Of a stretch of 64,000 nucleotides of DNA, positions 20,298 to 29,299 are shown in pieces. Source of the stretch: an uncultured Bacilli bacterium (GTDB taxonomy: Bacteria; Bacillota_I; Bacilli_A; RF39; UBA660); NCBI GenBank assembly GCA_963931185.1, contig OZ006981.1:929626-993625 (forward strand). The letters are read 5' to 3'. The notes under the pieces were generated by a model, which saw only the letters and a list, made by a program, of their open reading frames with translations, searched no databases and was not told where the DNA came from. Each line of letters opens with the position of its first letter. Position 1 is the first letter of the stretch. The position numbers and the translations under genes are program-made.

Positions 20298-20503
20298 AGA
20301 TTAAAAGATTTCTATAATATATATGTATTAATAGATTCAAAAAATGAAGCAATAAACAAAGATAATCTGACTAAAGCCATTAAAAACACTTTCAAAAAAG
20401 AAAAACAAATATTGACATAAATAAATTTAAAGAAGTTATTAATGCTTTAGGTAGTGAAGATAACATGAATCATTTATAGAATTTATATGCAAAAGAAATA
20501 TAA
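20298..20503 (+). pseudogene. C-terminal remnant of an AbiEii/AbiGii-type nucleotidyltransferase toxin
   Basis: RLKDFYNIYVLIDSKNEAINKDNLTKAIKNTFKKEKQ, then a frameshift to IDINKFKEVINALGSEDNMNHL, an in-frame TAG, then NLYAKEI. The R.KD.YDI..L signature is typical of the family. No intact N-terminal part upstream (weak traces back to ~20170). Confidence 0.45.
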
Positions 20504-20653
20504 TTTGACAATACAATTTTTGCTTTAAATGAAATAATAAATATATTAGAATTATAATTAATGGTAGTTAATTGAATATGATAACAATCAAAGTAGAAAA
20601 AAATCCACTTTTTGTGTGATATAATAATATTGAGGTAAAGAGAGGTGAAAGAA

Positions 20654-21049
20654 ATGAAAAAAGTAATGATTTGGATAATTCCATTGATTATTGGATTACT
20701 TCTTATAATTATAAGTTTGTTATTATTTATTAATAGTAAAAAAGAAACTCAATATGCATTAGTAAATGATACTATAAATGGAGGTATTTACATAGACTAT
20801 CCTGTTAGAGATTTCAATGAATATGTTCTTAATGAAGGAGATACCTTCAATTTAACTTTCTCAAATGGATATGAAATAAATAATATCAAATATTATACAG
20901 ATAAAGACGTAATTGATGATAACATATATCTCCTAGGAGATGAAAAGAATAGATATATAAAAATTATATCTAGAAATAATGAAGATTTGTGGAAAAAAGC
21001 TAATTTGGATATAGATTCTACAGTTAGAATAGAAACTGTAAACAAATAA
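20654..21049 (+). CDS. Small membrane-anchored protein, unknown function
   Basis: N-terminal TM helix (MIWIIPLIIGLLLIIISLLLFI), ~100-aa soluble domain. AGAGGTG RBS before ATG 20654. Confidence 0.6.
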   Translation: MKKVMIWIIPLIIGLLLIIISLLLFINSKKETQYALVNDTINGGIYIDYPVRDFNEYVLNEGDTFNLTFSNGYEINNIKYYTDKDVIDDNIYLLGDEKNRYIKIISRNNEDLWKKANLDIDSTVRIETVNK

Positions 21050-21150
21050 ATATACTTTAAACATATTTAAAACACTAATATACATATCTTTATATTAATG
21101 ATAAAATATAAGTGATCAAAGAAAAAATGAATAGACAAAAAGTGATATAC

Positions 21151-21579
21151 ATGAAAATTAATAAGATTTTATTAATAGCATTAGCAATAACAACACTAAC
21201 ATCAGTAAGTAATATTTTTGCATTTTCTCAGTTTACATCTTTTAAATCAATATCAGGTTCAATTCCTGCATTTAACGGAAGCAAATCATGGACAAAACAC
21301 TTAACACTTCAAGAAGGTGGATATGATGGACAAGCGTTAGCAAGCGTAAGTATAAGTCCAAGTTCGGATACTCTTGACGTAATATTATATAGAACAAGCC
21401 CAGGAGCAACAATAAATGGAGGATGGAAAATAATATCAAATAGGCAAGACACTGCACTAGCTTGGACAACTAATTGGGGATTTCCACCAGATGCTGACTA
21501 TAAGTTAACAATTGATTCAAGATGGTATTATACAAATTCAACTTCTGTCTCTGGACAATGGGGATTCTATAACGATTAA
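21151..21579 (+). CDS. Small secreted Trp/Gly-rich protein, unknown function
   Basis: Signal peptide MKINKILLIALAITTLTSVSNIFA. Beta-rich mature part (GGWKIISNRQDTALAWTTNWGFPPDADYKLTIDSRWYY...GQWGFYND). Start uncertain (21112, 21127 or 21151). Confidence 0.6.
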   Translation: MKINKILLIALAITTLTSVSNIFAFSQFTSFKSISGSIPAFNGSKSWTKHLTLQEGGYDGQALASVSISPSSDTLDVILYRTSPGATINGGWKIISNRQDTALAWTTNWGFPPDADYKLTIDSRWYYTNSTSVSGQWGFYND

Positions 21580-21648
21580 TAATTAAAAAATAATAATCGA
21601 TAATTAATAATAATTCATTTTTTATCTTTGATCACTTATGGAGGATGA

Positions 21649-22455
21649 ATGAAAAATAGAACTTTTTTAATTTATATCATATCAATTATTTTTTTATATG
21701 TGTTCAATATTATGTTATTTTTTATCTATACAAGTGATAAATTATATCCATTTAAAAATGATATTAATTGTTACTCGTTTTGGGAATATTCAACACACAA
21801 CGGTTTATTAACAATTTTCATGTTCTTACTTCCTATAGCAATTTCCATTATTACAATTAAGAGTATCAATACGAAAATAAAAGGTTCATACTTTAGGAAT
21901 TATATAATACGAGATAATTATAAAAAACTTATAAAAAAAGAATATTTATTATGTTTGGTAAAAACGATACTTCCTTATGTTTTGATATCAACTACTATTT
22001 TTATATTAGGTTTTTTACTATTTAAGCACGATATTACAAATATTAAATATGCTGATTTATATAGCAATTTTATTTATGATCCTATGTTTAACCCACTTAC
22101 TTGTATTATTTTAGAAACGATCATAAGCATTTTCTTTTTTATACTAATAGTAAATATAGAGTTAATTGTTTACAGATTTGTCAAAAAGCTTGGATTAACT
22201 ATAATTTTCAGCTTCCTTTCATTAAATATTCTAAACTTTATTATTTCATATTTTTTCGAAATTATATCAACAATAATTAAGAATAAATATCTAAATGAGG
22301 CTTTTTATTCATTCAATATTTATCATGGATTTATTGGAAGCAAATATATCATTTTTACTTTTATAATTTTCATTCTTTTATCTACAATCAGTTTTATTTT
22401 TTTAACAAAATTATATAAAAGTAAAGAAAGGATGGTATTGGATTTTGAGCAATAA
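21649..22455 (+). CDS. Polytopic membrane protein (ABC-2-like permease candidate)
   Basis: 268 aa, about 6 hydrophobic helices, in an operon with an ABC ATPase. Confidence 0.6.
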   Translation: MKNRTFLIYIISIIFLYVFNIMLFFIYTSDKLYPFKNDINCYSFWEYSTHNGLLTIFMFLLPIAISIITIKSINTKIKGSYFRNYIIRDNYKKLIKKEYLLCLVKTILPYVLISTTIFILGFLLFKHDITNIKYADLYSNFIYDPMFNPLTCIILETIISIFFFILIVNIELIVYRFVKKLGLTIIFSFLSLNILNFIISYFFEIISTIIKNKYLNEAFYSFNIYHGFIGSKYIIFTFIIFILLSTISFIFLTKLYKSKERMVLDFEQ

Positions 22456-23191
22456 AATAATAAGAATTCTAAGTACTAGAATAGAATATTATGCCCTAAT
22501 TACATATTTGTTTTTTGGAACATTTGCTTTTACAATATCATATGCAGATAATTCATACATAGATATATTATTATCGATGATCAATAATAAAATATTTTTG
22601 GTAGTATTTATGCTACCTTCATTTGTTCTATTTTGGAATATGATTATTAAATATTCAACAAATGATTATCAAACAATAATTAGAATGGGGAAAAGGAAAA
22701 ATTATATTATTTTTTTATCAAAAGAATTAACTAAAGCATCATGTTTATTGTTCTTTCAATATATAGTATTTCAATTGATATGCATCAATCTAACATCGCA
22801 CACAAACATTTTTATATCAAATACTTATAATTATAATGTGAATGATTTTGTTTTATACATTGTTTGTGTTATAAGACTTTTTTTGAATATTATTACAATT
22901 AAATATTTGTTTAGTTTTTTATACTTAAACATCCAAAACAAAGAATATAGCATTTTTCTAATGTTTACTTTATTTATAATTATTTATTTTTGTAATCGAC
23001 TATTCTTTATTAATAGCTTTTTAAATTACATCAACATTGGATATCATTACTATGGAATAGATCTTACTAATAACATTTATGAATTAATAATATCGAACCT
23101 ATTATTTAACTCTATATTATCAATTATTTTAATTATTTTAATGAATAAAAAGATTAAAAAGATAAACTTTTATACTGGAAACAGGAGGTAA
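22445..23191 (+). CDS. Polytopic membrane protein (ABC-2-like permease candidate)
   Basis: 248 aa, about 6 hydrophobic helices. Overlaps the upstream gene by 11 nt. The ATPase gene begins 2 nt after its stop. Confidence 0.6.
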   Translation: MSNKIIRILSTRIEYYALITYLFFGTFAFTISYADNSYIDILLSMINNKIFLVVFMLPSFVLFWNMIIKYSTNDYQTIIRMGKRKNYIIFLSKELTKASCLLFFQYIVFQLICINLTSHTNIFISNTYNYNVNDFVLYIVCVIRLFLNIITIKYLFSFLYLNIQNKEYSIFLMFTLFIIIYFCNRLFFINSFLNYINIGYHYYGIDLTNNIYELIISNLLFNSILSIILIILMNKKIKKINFYTGNRR

Positions 23192-23192
23192 T

Positions 23193-23828
23193 ATGATTAC
23201 AGTTGAAACAAAAAATTTAACAAAAAAAATTGGAAATGAAATAATTTTAAAAGATGTTAATACAAAATTTGAAAACAAGAAGATATATGGTATTGTTGGA
23301 CGAAATGGTTCTGGTAAAACTATGTTTTTAAAAAGTTTATGTGGTTTTTTAACACCAACAAGTGGTACTGTATTAATTAACCAAAAAGATATTTATAAAG
23401 AAGAAATGTTTTCGAATAATGTAGGAATTTCGTTTAGTAATAGTAATTATATAAAAGATCTAACAGGTTTTGAAAATTTAGAATTAATTGCTAACATAAA
23501 AAAACAGATATCTAAAGAAGACATAATTGATGCTTTAAAAAAAGTAAACCTATTAAAAGAAAAAGATAAAAAATATGGTAAATATTCACTTGGAATGAAA
23601 CAAAAACTTGATATAGCACAAGCAATAATGGAAAAACCAGAGATTTTATTACTAGACGAACCATTCAATGGTTTAGATGACGAAAGTGTCAAATTAATTA
23701 AAAAATTAATTATAGACTTAAAAAATAGCGGAAATACAATTATTATTGCAACTCATATAAAAGACGACATTGAAAACTTCTGTGACGAAGTCATTAGATT
23801 CGATATGGGAACTATTGTTAATAAATAA
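23193..23828 (+). CDS. ABC transporter ATP-binding protein
   Basis: Walker A GRNGSGKT, degenerate signature YSLGMKQKL, Walker B ILLLDEP, H-loop ATH. Confidence 0.9.
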   Translation: MITVETKNLTKKIGNEIILKDVNTKFENKKIYGIVGRNGSGKTMFLKSLCGFLTPTSGTVLINQKDIYKEEMFSNNVGISFSNSNYIKDLTGFENLELIANIKKQISKEDIIDALKKVNLLKEKDKKYGKYSLGMKQKLDIAQAIMEKPEILLLDEPFNGLDDESVKLIKKLIIDLKNSGNTIIIATHIKDDIENFCDEVIRFDMGTIVNK

Positions 23829-24090
23829 AAAATTTAAATAAGCTCTTTAATAATTATTATGACATTAAATTTATTGTGGTACTCAAAAAGAAACACCATA
23901 AATATCATTGATAAAAATGATAAAAAAGAATGTAATCTATTGATAGACTACATTCTTTATCCCTGACCATTATTCACCAATTATTTTTTTATAATTTTGA
24001 TATTTTTTTAGTAAATTTTAATAAACTTTAAAATGATAAAAGTCTTATTTTACAGTGTGGGTTAGCCTGTTCAACACTTGGTAAGAACTT

Positions 24091-24129
24091 CCCCCTGAGC
24101 CGTCCCTTAATTGGGACGGTATTTTTTTT
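24091..24129 (+). terminator. Orphan Rho-independent terminator preceded by CCCCCTGAG motif (3' end of an sRNA, or att remnant)
   Basis: CCCCCTGAG (24091-24099), then hairpin CCGTCCC-TTAATT-GGGACGG (24100-24119) plus T8 (24122-24129). The nearest upstream CDS ends ~260 bp away. An upstream hairpin CAGTGT..ACACTT is present, but no convincing promoter was found. Confidence 0.5.
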
Positions 24130-24353
24130 GCCCCAATTTATAAGGGTTTGTAGGGGATCGATATTGCTAAAATAATTTTAGGTACAATTTAGGTACAAAA
24201 AAATATGATTTAAGAATAGTTCATTGAGAAAAAATGCCGAAAGTGGCAAAAATTCTCAATGAATTTTTATATTTTAACAATGATACAGATAAAATATAAA
24301 TGATCCGTATGACTGCAAAATATAACATTATTCCGCAAATGGTATAAAATATA

Positions 24354-24382
24354 TTGACATATTATTCCAGAAACGGTATAAT
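24354..24382 (+). promoter_or_regulatory. Consensus sigma-A promoter of the Fic-kinase operon
   Basis: TTGACA (24354-24359), 17 bp spacer, TATAAT (24377-24382). The spacer/-10 sequence ATTATTCCAGAAACGGTATAAT is a near-duplicate of ATTATTCCGCAAATGGTATAAA immediately upstream. Confidence 0.65.
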
Positions 24383-24403
24383 CTATATATAGAGGTGATA
24401 ACT

Positions 24404-24727
24404 ATGCAAATTAAAGATATGAAAGATGTTATTGATATTGCTAAAGACATTAAAAATCTAACTGAGCAAAAGAAAAATCCAACAAGAGAAGGTATGGAAA
24501 AAGCAATAAAGAGTGTTAGACAACACCTATTATTAGAAACAGAAGTATATGAAGATGCATTATGTGTTGCTAATAAGAGTTCAAAAGTAAATATTGAAAA
24601 TATTGATAATAATGTTCTATACGGAAAACTTGATGATTATAAAACCATATGTTTTGGTTATCTTCTAGATAAGTATGGAAAAGAACAACTTAATGAAATT
24701 ATAAAAGAATATAATTTGGAGGTGTAA
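24404..24727 (+). CDS. Small acidic protein, first gene of Fic-kinase operon, unknown function
   Basis: 107 aa from ATG 24404 (AGAGGTG RBS). No motif recognised. The stop lies 2 nt before the Fic gene start. Confidence 0.6.
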   Translation: MQIKDMKDVIDIAKDIKNLTEQKKNPTREGMEKAIKSVRQHLLLETEVYEDALCVANKSSKVNIENIDNNVLYGKLDDYKTICFGYLLDKYGKEQLNEIIKEYNLEV

Positions 24728-24729
24728 AA

Positions 24730-25665
24730 ATGAAATTTATGTCAATAAAAGAAGCAAGTGAAAAATGGAATATTAGCGAAAGAAGAATTAGACAACTTAT
24801 ACAAGATGGAAGAATTATAGGAGCTGAAAAAATAGGCACTGCATGGAATATTCCTGATGATGCAGGTAAGCCAATTGATAAAAGAGTAAAAGATGAAATT
24901 GAATTTAAAATAGATTTGCCAGAAGATTATTTTAAAAAATTAGATGAAAAACTTGCTAAATTAAATAGTAAAAGACCATTATCTAAAGAAGCAACAGAAT
25001 CATTGCAAAATGCAATTAATCTAGAATGGATTTATAATAGTAATGGAATAGAAGGTAATACATTAACATTAAAAGAAACAAAAGTTGTATTAGAAGGTAT
25101 TACTATAGGAGGTAAGTCTGTAAGAGAACACTTAGAAGTTATAAACCATGAAAATGCTATTGAGTATTTAGAAGAATTAATTGGCTCTAAAAGTGAAATT
25201 TCTGAATGGAATATTAAAGGATTACATCAATTAGTTTTAAAAGGTATTGATGATGAAAATGCAGGAAGATATAGAAATCATGATGTAATTATTAGTGGTG
25301 CACAACATAGACCGCCACAATATATAAAGGTTCCAGAATTAATGGAAAAATTAATAATGAATTATGATGAATGGGACAAATATCATCCAATAGTAAGAGC
25401 AGCATTATTACATGGAGAATTAGTTAAGATCCATCCATTTATTGATGGAAATGGTAGAACATCTAGATTAATAATGAATATGGAGCTAATGAGAAGTGGA
25501 TATGTACCAGTTATTATTAAAAAAGATAATAGATTAAAATATTATGAGGCACTTGATAAGGCACATACAACAGGTGATTACACAGATTTTGTTAAATTGG
25601 TAACAAAAGCAGAAAATGAAATGTTAGATAGATACTTGGAAGTGATTGATAGTGGAAACAAATAG
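24730..25665 (+). CDS. Fic-family protein with N-terminal excisionase/MerR-type HTH (class II, internal inhibitory helix)
   Basis: HTH MSIKEASEKWNISERRIRQLIQDGRIIGAEKIG. Inhibitory motif SNGIEGN (25039-25059, fits [ST]xxxE[GN]). Fic active site HPFIDGNGRTSR (25432-25467). Confidence 0.9.
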   Translation: MKFMSIKEASEKWNISERRIRQLIQDGRIIGAEKIGTAWNIPDDAGKPIDKRVKDEIEFKIDLPEDYFKKLDEKLAKLNSKRPLSKEATESLQNAINLEWIYNSNGIEGNTLTLKETKVVLEGITIGGKSVREHLEVINHENAIEYLEELIGSKSEISEWNIKGLHQLVLKGIDDENAGRYRNHDVIISGAQHRPPQYIKVPELMEKLIMNYDEWDKYHPIVRAALLHGELVKIHPFIDGNGRTSRLIMNMELMRSGYVPVIIKKDNRLKYYEALDKAHTTGDYTDFVKLVTKAENEMLDRYLEVIDSGNK

Positions 25666-26431
25666 TGATAGAATAATTCAGGAATTTTCGTCAGGGCAAA
25701 AAAATGTTGCATTAGTATATAATGAAAAATATGGGAAATGTATTAGAAAAACCAGAAGTGCTAATACATCAACTGCGAGAATAGAAAGAGAAGTAAATAT
25801 TCAAAATGATTTTAATAGTGAATATTATCCTAAAATTTACTATAGTGAAATAAATTCGAATAATATATTAATATATGAAGAATATGTAGAAGGAAACGAT
25901 TTGTTTGAAATATTAGCGGGAAATAATATATATAAAAATAATCAAAAAAAGTGTTTAGAATTATTGCTTGATTTAATAGAAGCGTTAGACTTAATTTGGA
26001 ATAAATCTATTGTTCATAGAGATATAAAACCTAATAATATTAAAATGCGTCCGAATGGGAAACCAGTTATTTTGGATTTAGGAATAGCAAAGTTGCTTGA
26101 CTCTACTGATAATTTAACTACAAGAATGTGGTTTACACCTGGATATGCACCAATTGAACAATTTACTAATAGAATAGATTTAATTGATAAAAGAACAGAT
26201 TTTTTTAGTCTTGGGGTAGTTATTTATGAATTGTTTTTTGGGCAAAGATTATTTTTGTCAAATGAAGAGGTTATCTCCAAAAATCCAAATTTTAATCAAG
26301 CAGGATTTAGTAATACTCAAAAATTTAATTTAATTATATCAAAATTACTGGAAAAACAAATTTACAGACGATACAGAAAATCTATAGATATTGTTAATGA
26401 TGTCAAGAATGCTTTGGAGGAATGTTTATGA
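25646..26431 (+). CDS. Stand-alone Hanks-type Ser/Thr protein kinase domain
   Basis: HRDIKPNN (26015-26038), DLG (26075-26083), GYAPIEQ, DFFSLGVVIYELF. The Gly-rich loop is degenerate (SSGQKNV). Lys candidate in KCIRK. Overlaps the Fic gene by 20 nt (TTG start). Confidence 0.85.
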   Translation: MIVETNSDRIIQEFSSGQKNVALVYNEKYGKCIRKTRSANTSTARIEREVNIQNDFNSEYYPKIYYSEINSNNILIYEEYVEGNDLFEILAGNNIYKNNQKKCLELLLDLIEALDLIWNKSIVHRDIKPNNIKMRPNGKPVILDLGIAKLLDSTDNLTTRMWFTPGYAPIEQFTNRIDLIDKRTDFFSLGVVIYELFFGQRLFLSNEEVISKNPNFNQAGFSNTQKFNLIISKLLEKQIYRRYRKSIDIVNDVKNALEECL

Positions 26432-27660
26432 GTAATAATTTAAAATTATACCATCAATGTGGTTTTAGATCTAAATGGAATTTTGAAGTGTTTCAAGAAG
26501 ATAATATAGGAGATGGTTTTATCTTGTCTCCATATAATATGAAGAAGGAAGAATTATCTAAAATTGAAGATGAAGAATTAGAAAAAAGTTTTTTTGATCC
26601 ACAGTTTTACGCATTAGGTGATTATAGAGAGTCATTTCTTTCTTATAACTTCTTGGATTGCGTCGATACACTAAGTGATTATATAAATGATAGAGATTTC
26701 ATAGCTCAAAAAACAGTGGATTATCAAAATAATCTTTCGGTAGAATACATTACAATACCAACCATAGATTTTGATTTATTAAATACAACAGATGATTTTG
26801 AGTATGTTTACTCTTTAATATCAAGTAATGATTATGAAGGAAATGATAATAATCTAAAAATATTAAATGAAATAATTATAAAACCATTTATAAAAAGAAT
26901 TAAAGAAATAGAAACAAATAAAAAGATTCTACTAACTGTAATTTTTGATGAAAATACTGCAAGAAATAATGATAAGTTTGCAGAACTATTAACTTTAATT
27001 ACAAGTTATGATATTGTTGATGGTATATATATAATTCCAAAATGTTCTAAGTCTTACAAGAGAGTGTCAAATATTCAATTCTTACAAAAAATGATGGAGT
27101 TTATAGATATATTAAAATCAATAAATATGGAAGTAATAGTAGGCAATAGTGATATTGAATCGTTATTATATATAGTAGCAGGAGCAGATGCAGTTACTAT
27201 GGGAAGTTATGAAAATCTAAGACATTACGACGGTACAAGATTTATAAAAAATGAAGGAACTCCTAGATCTCCTGTACCAAGACTATTTAGTTATAAATTA
27301 TTACAATGGATTGACTATACTTATTTATATCCAATTAGTCAAAACATTGATATGAATGATTTATTTGAATGTAATAAGTATTATGAAATGACTGTACCTG
27401 AAGGGTATAAATGGCACTTTAGCAAATCAGAACCTTATAAACACTATATGATGAGCTATTCAAATTTAATAAAGAAATTACCACAAGAACAACATGAAAA
27501 AATAGAATATGTAAACCAATTGTTTGAAGAAGCAAAAAAAGCTGGTTCAGAGTTATTAAATTGTGGTATAATATTAGATGATAATAGTGGTGGTGCACAT
27601 ATATCACAATGGCAAACTGCATTACTACAATTTGCCAATAAAAAGAAAAAAGGTGATTAG
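26428..27660 (+). CDS. Hypothetical 410-aa protein, unknown function
   Basis: ATGA overlap with the kinase stop, GGAGG 8 nt upstream. No motif I can name (N-terminus LYHQCGFRSKWNFEVF...GDGFILSP...FFDPQFY). Confidence 0.7.
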   Translation: MSNNLKLYHQCGFRSKWNFEVFQEDNIGDGFILSPYNMKKEELSKIEDEELEKSFFDPQFYALGDYRESFLSYNFLDCVDTLSDYINDRDFIAQKTVDYQNNLSVEYITIPTIDFDLLNTTDDFEYVYSLISSNDYEGNDNNLKILNEIIIKPFIKRIKEIETNKKILLTVIFDENTARNNDKFAELLTLITSYDIVDGIYIIPKCSKSYKRVSNIQFLQKMMEFIDILKSINMEVIVGNSDIESLLYIVAGADAVTMGSYENLRHYDGTRFIKNEGTPRSPVPRLFSYKLLQWIDYTYLYPISQNIDMNDLFECNKYYEMTVPEGYKWHFSKSEPYKHYMMSYSNLIKKLPQEQHEKIEYVNQLFEEAKKAGSELLNCGIILDDNSGGAHISQWQTALLQFANKKKKGD

Positions 27661-27661
27661 T

Positions 27662-28126
27662 ATGTTTCAAACTGAGAGAGATTTAGTTATTTCTTTGATT
27701 GATATGCTTGAAAATAATAAAGTTAAAATAAAAAATATAAAAGATTTCTTTATTTTACAAGAAGTTGATGGCATGATAGGAAGACCAGATATTCTCTTAA
27801 AAAGTAAAACTAACACTAAGATAATTACAATAGAAGTTAAATTAAAAAATTGGAAAAGAGCCTTACAACAAGCCTATAAGTATAGAAGTTTTTCTGATAT
27901 AGCTTATATATGCATGGATGAAAAAAATGTAAAACCGGCATTAGAAAATCTAGATTTGTTTAAAAAATGTAATATTGGATTACTAACCATAAATAGCAAG
28001 AATAAAATTAAAATTTATTATGAGCCTACTATGGATCGTGCATTTGTTGAAAACTTACGTGATGTTGCAGAATCTAAATTTAATACTAAATATGGTAGTG
28101 ATATAATGACAACAAAAATAGCTTAG
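27662..28126 (+). CDS. Small PD-(D/E)xK (restriction-endonuclease-fold) protein
   Basis: 154 aa from ATG 27662 (2 nt after the upstream stop). GRPDILL (Asp 27788-27790) and ITIEVKLK (E-x-K 27833-27841) followed by ALQQAYKY fit the D...ExK..Q pattern. The longer track ORF (27578) overlaps the previous gene and is rejected. Confidence 0.6.
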   Translation: MFQTERDLVISLIDMLENNKVKIKNIKDFFILQEVDGMIGRPDILLKSKTNTKIITIEVKLKNWKRALQQAYKYRSFSDIAYICMDEKNVKPALENLDLFKKCNIGLLTINSKNKIKIYYEPTMDRAFVENLRDVAESKFNTKYGSDIMTTKIA

Positions 28127-28926
28127 TCATCTTCTAAGCTATCTATGACAGAAACTACAGAGTCGAGGGCAGTACTAAACATATGTGAATATGTATTTAG
28201 TGTTTCCTCGATTTTTGTATGTCCTAAATATTTTGCAACTAATGTAACATTAGCACCATTGTTAATAAGTAATGATGCACATGAATGTCTAAAATCATGA
28301 ATCCTAATGACTTTCAAACCAGCAAGATTTGCTAGTTTAGTTCTTCTAAGATATACATTAGAATCAGCTATAGGTTTAGCATCGGATACTACAAAGAAAT
28401 CATCATTGAATCCATAATATTCTTTTTTATCCTGCTCATAGAGCATTTTAAGATCATTTAACAAGACTTTAGTAATAGGTACTATTCTTCTGCTATCTCT
28501 TGTCTTAGTATCCGAAAATTCAAACTTAACACGGTTATTTCTTTGGGTTATCTGTTTATTAACAGATAATACTTTTTTATCAAAATAAATATCTTTCCAA
28601 GTAAGTCCTTTTAATTCTCCTTTACGTAGTCCACAGTAATATAATATTTCAAATACGCATTTCCATCTTAGATCTTCTTCATAAGAAATAAACTTTTTGA
28701 ACTCATCATAAGTATAATAAGCCATTTCCTTTCTACGCTCATTTGGATCTTGAAACTTTGTCATTTTATTATATACTGCTTGAAAGTTTAAGTTATGCCA
28801 TTTAACACCAAAATTTAAAATAGATTTAAGAAATTTATAAATATCATTTTTATATCTAAGAGATATATTAAGTTTATTTATCTCTCGTTTCCATTGTTCA
28901 AATTGCATAATATTAAAATTTTTCAC
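28123..28926 (-). CDS. Tyrosine recombinase/phage integrase, short form (N-terminal arm-binding region apparently missing)
   Basis: Catalytic-domain motifs GLRKGELKGLTWKDI, RIHDFRHSCASLLI, GHTKIEETLNTYSHM (R..HxxR..Y). Only 267 aa, and no further coding sequence upstream. Confidence 0.8.
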   Translation of the reverse strand: MKNFNIMQFEQWKREINKLNISLRYKNDIYKFLKSILNFGVKWHNLNFQAVYNKMTKFQDPNERRKEMAYYTYDEFKKFISYEEDLRWKCVFEILYYCGLRKGELKGLTWKDIYFDKKVLSVNKQITQRNNRVKFEFSDTKTRDSRRIVPITKVLLNDLKMLYEQDKKEYYGFNDDFFVVSDAKPIADSNVYLRRTKLANLAGLKVIRIHDFRHSCASLLINNGANVTLVAKYLGHTKIEETLNTYSHMFSTALDSVVSVIDSLEDD

Positions 28927-29035
28927 TTTAACAGGAAAGAAGCATTCGATATATTTTTTTATAATTTTAAATTACGAAAATATCGTAATTGAAGAGTCTG
29001 GTAAACTTTAATAAGAAAATAGAAGGAGATTGAAA

Positions 29036-29299
29036 TTGAAAAGTAAAACAATAATAAAAGCAGATGAGATGTTAGAAATTCTAAATAAGCAGTGGGCTAC
29101 AATACAAGATATAATGAAAATAGGTGCGTGAGGTAGAAATAAAGCAAGAAACATAAAAAACGAAATAGAAAGAAATATAATAGATCAAGGATTAAAACTT
29201 CCTAATAATTTAGTTCCGATGGAAAAGGTAATTGAATACTTTAAAATTAATCTAGATTTTTTAGTAACAATTAATAAATCAAAAAATGGCGAAATATAA
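29036..29299 (+). pseudogene. Xis/AlpA-like small DNA-binding protein interrupted by in-frame TGA
   Basis: GAAGGAG RBS, TTG 29036. Translation is LKSKTIIKADEMLEILNKQWATIQDIMKIGA-TGA(29129-29131)-GRNKARNIKNEIERNIIDQGLKLPNNLVPMEKVIEYFKI... A Cys or Trp codon is expected at the stop position. Confidence 0.45.

Noticed and set aside
24404-24727. Calling the first operon gene a VbhA/class I Fic antitoxin
   Set aside because: The [ST]xxxE[GN] inhibitory motif is not present in register (NPTREG has Asn at position -4), and the Fic protein carries its own SNGIEGN helix. The gene is left as unknown.
27578-27661. N-terminal extension of the PD-(D/E)xK ORF as given in the track
   Set aside because: The extension overlaps the preceding gene by 83 nt in another frame. 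ATG 27662 lies immediately after the upstream stop, and the recognisable domain starts there.
29129-29131. Possibility that TGA encodes Trp (Mollicutes-type code 4)
   Set aside because: Several well-conserved genes here end at TGA (for example 6435-6437, 6919-6921 and 26429-26431). Conserved Trp positions use TGG, and the long ORFs are intact under code 11. The single in-frame TGA is better explained as a nonsense mutation in a decaying element.
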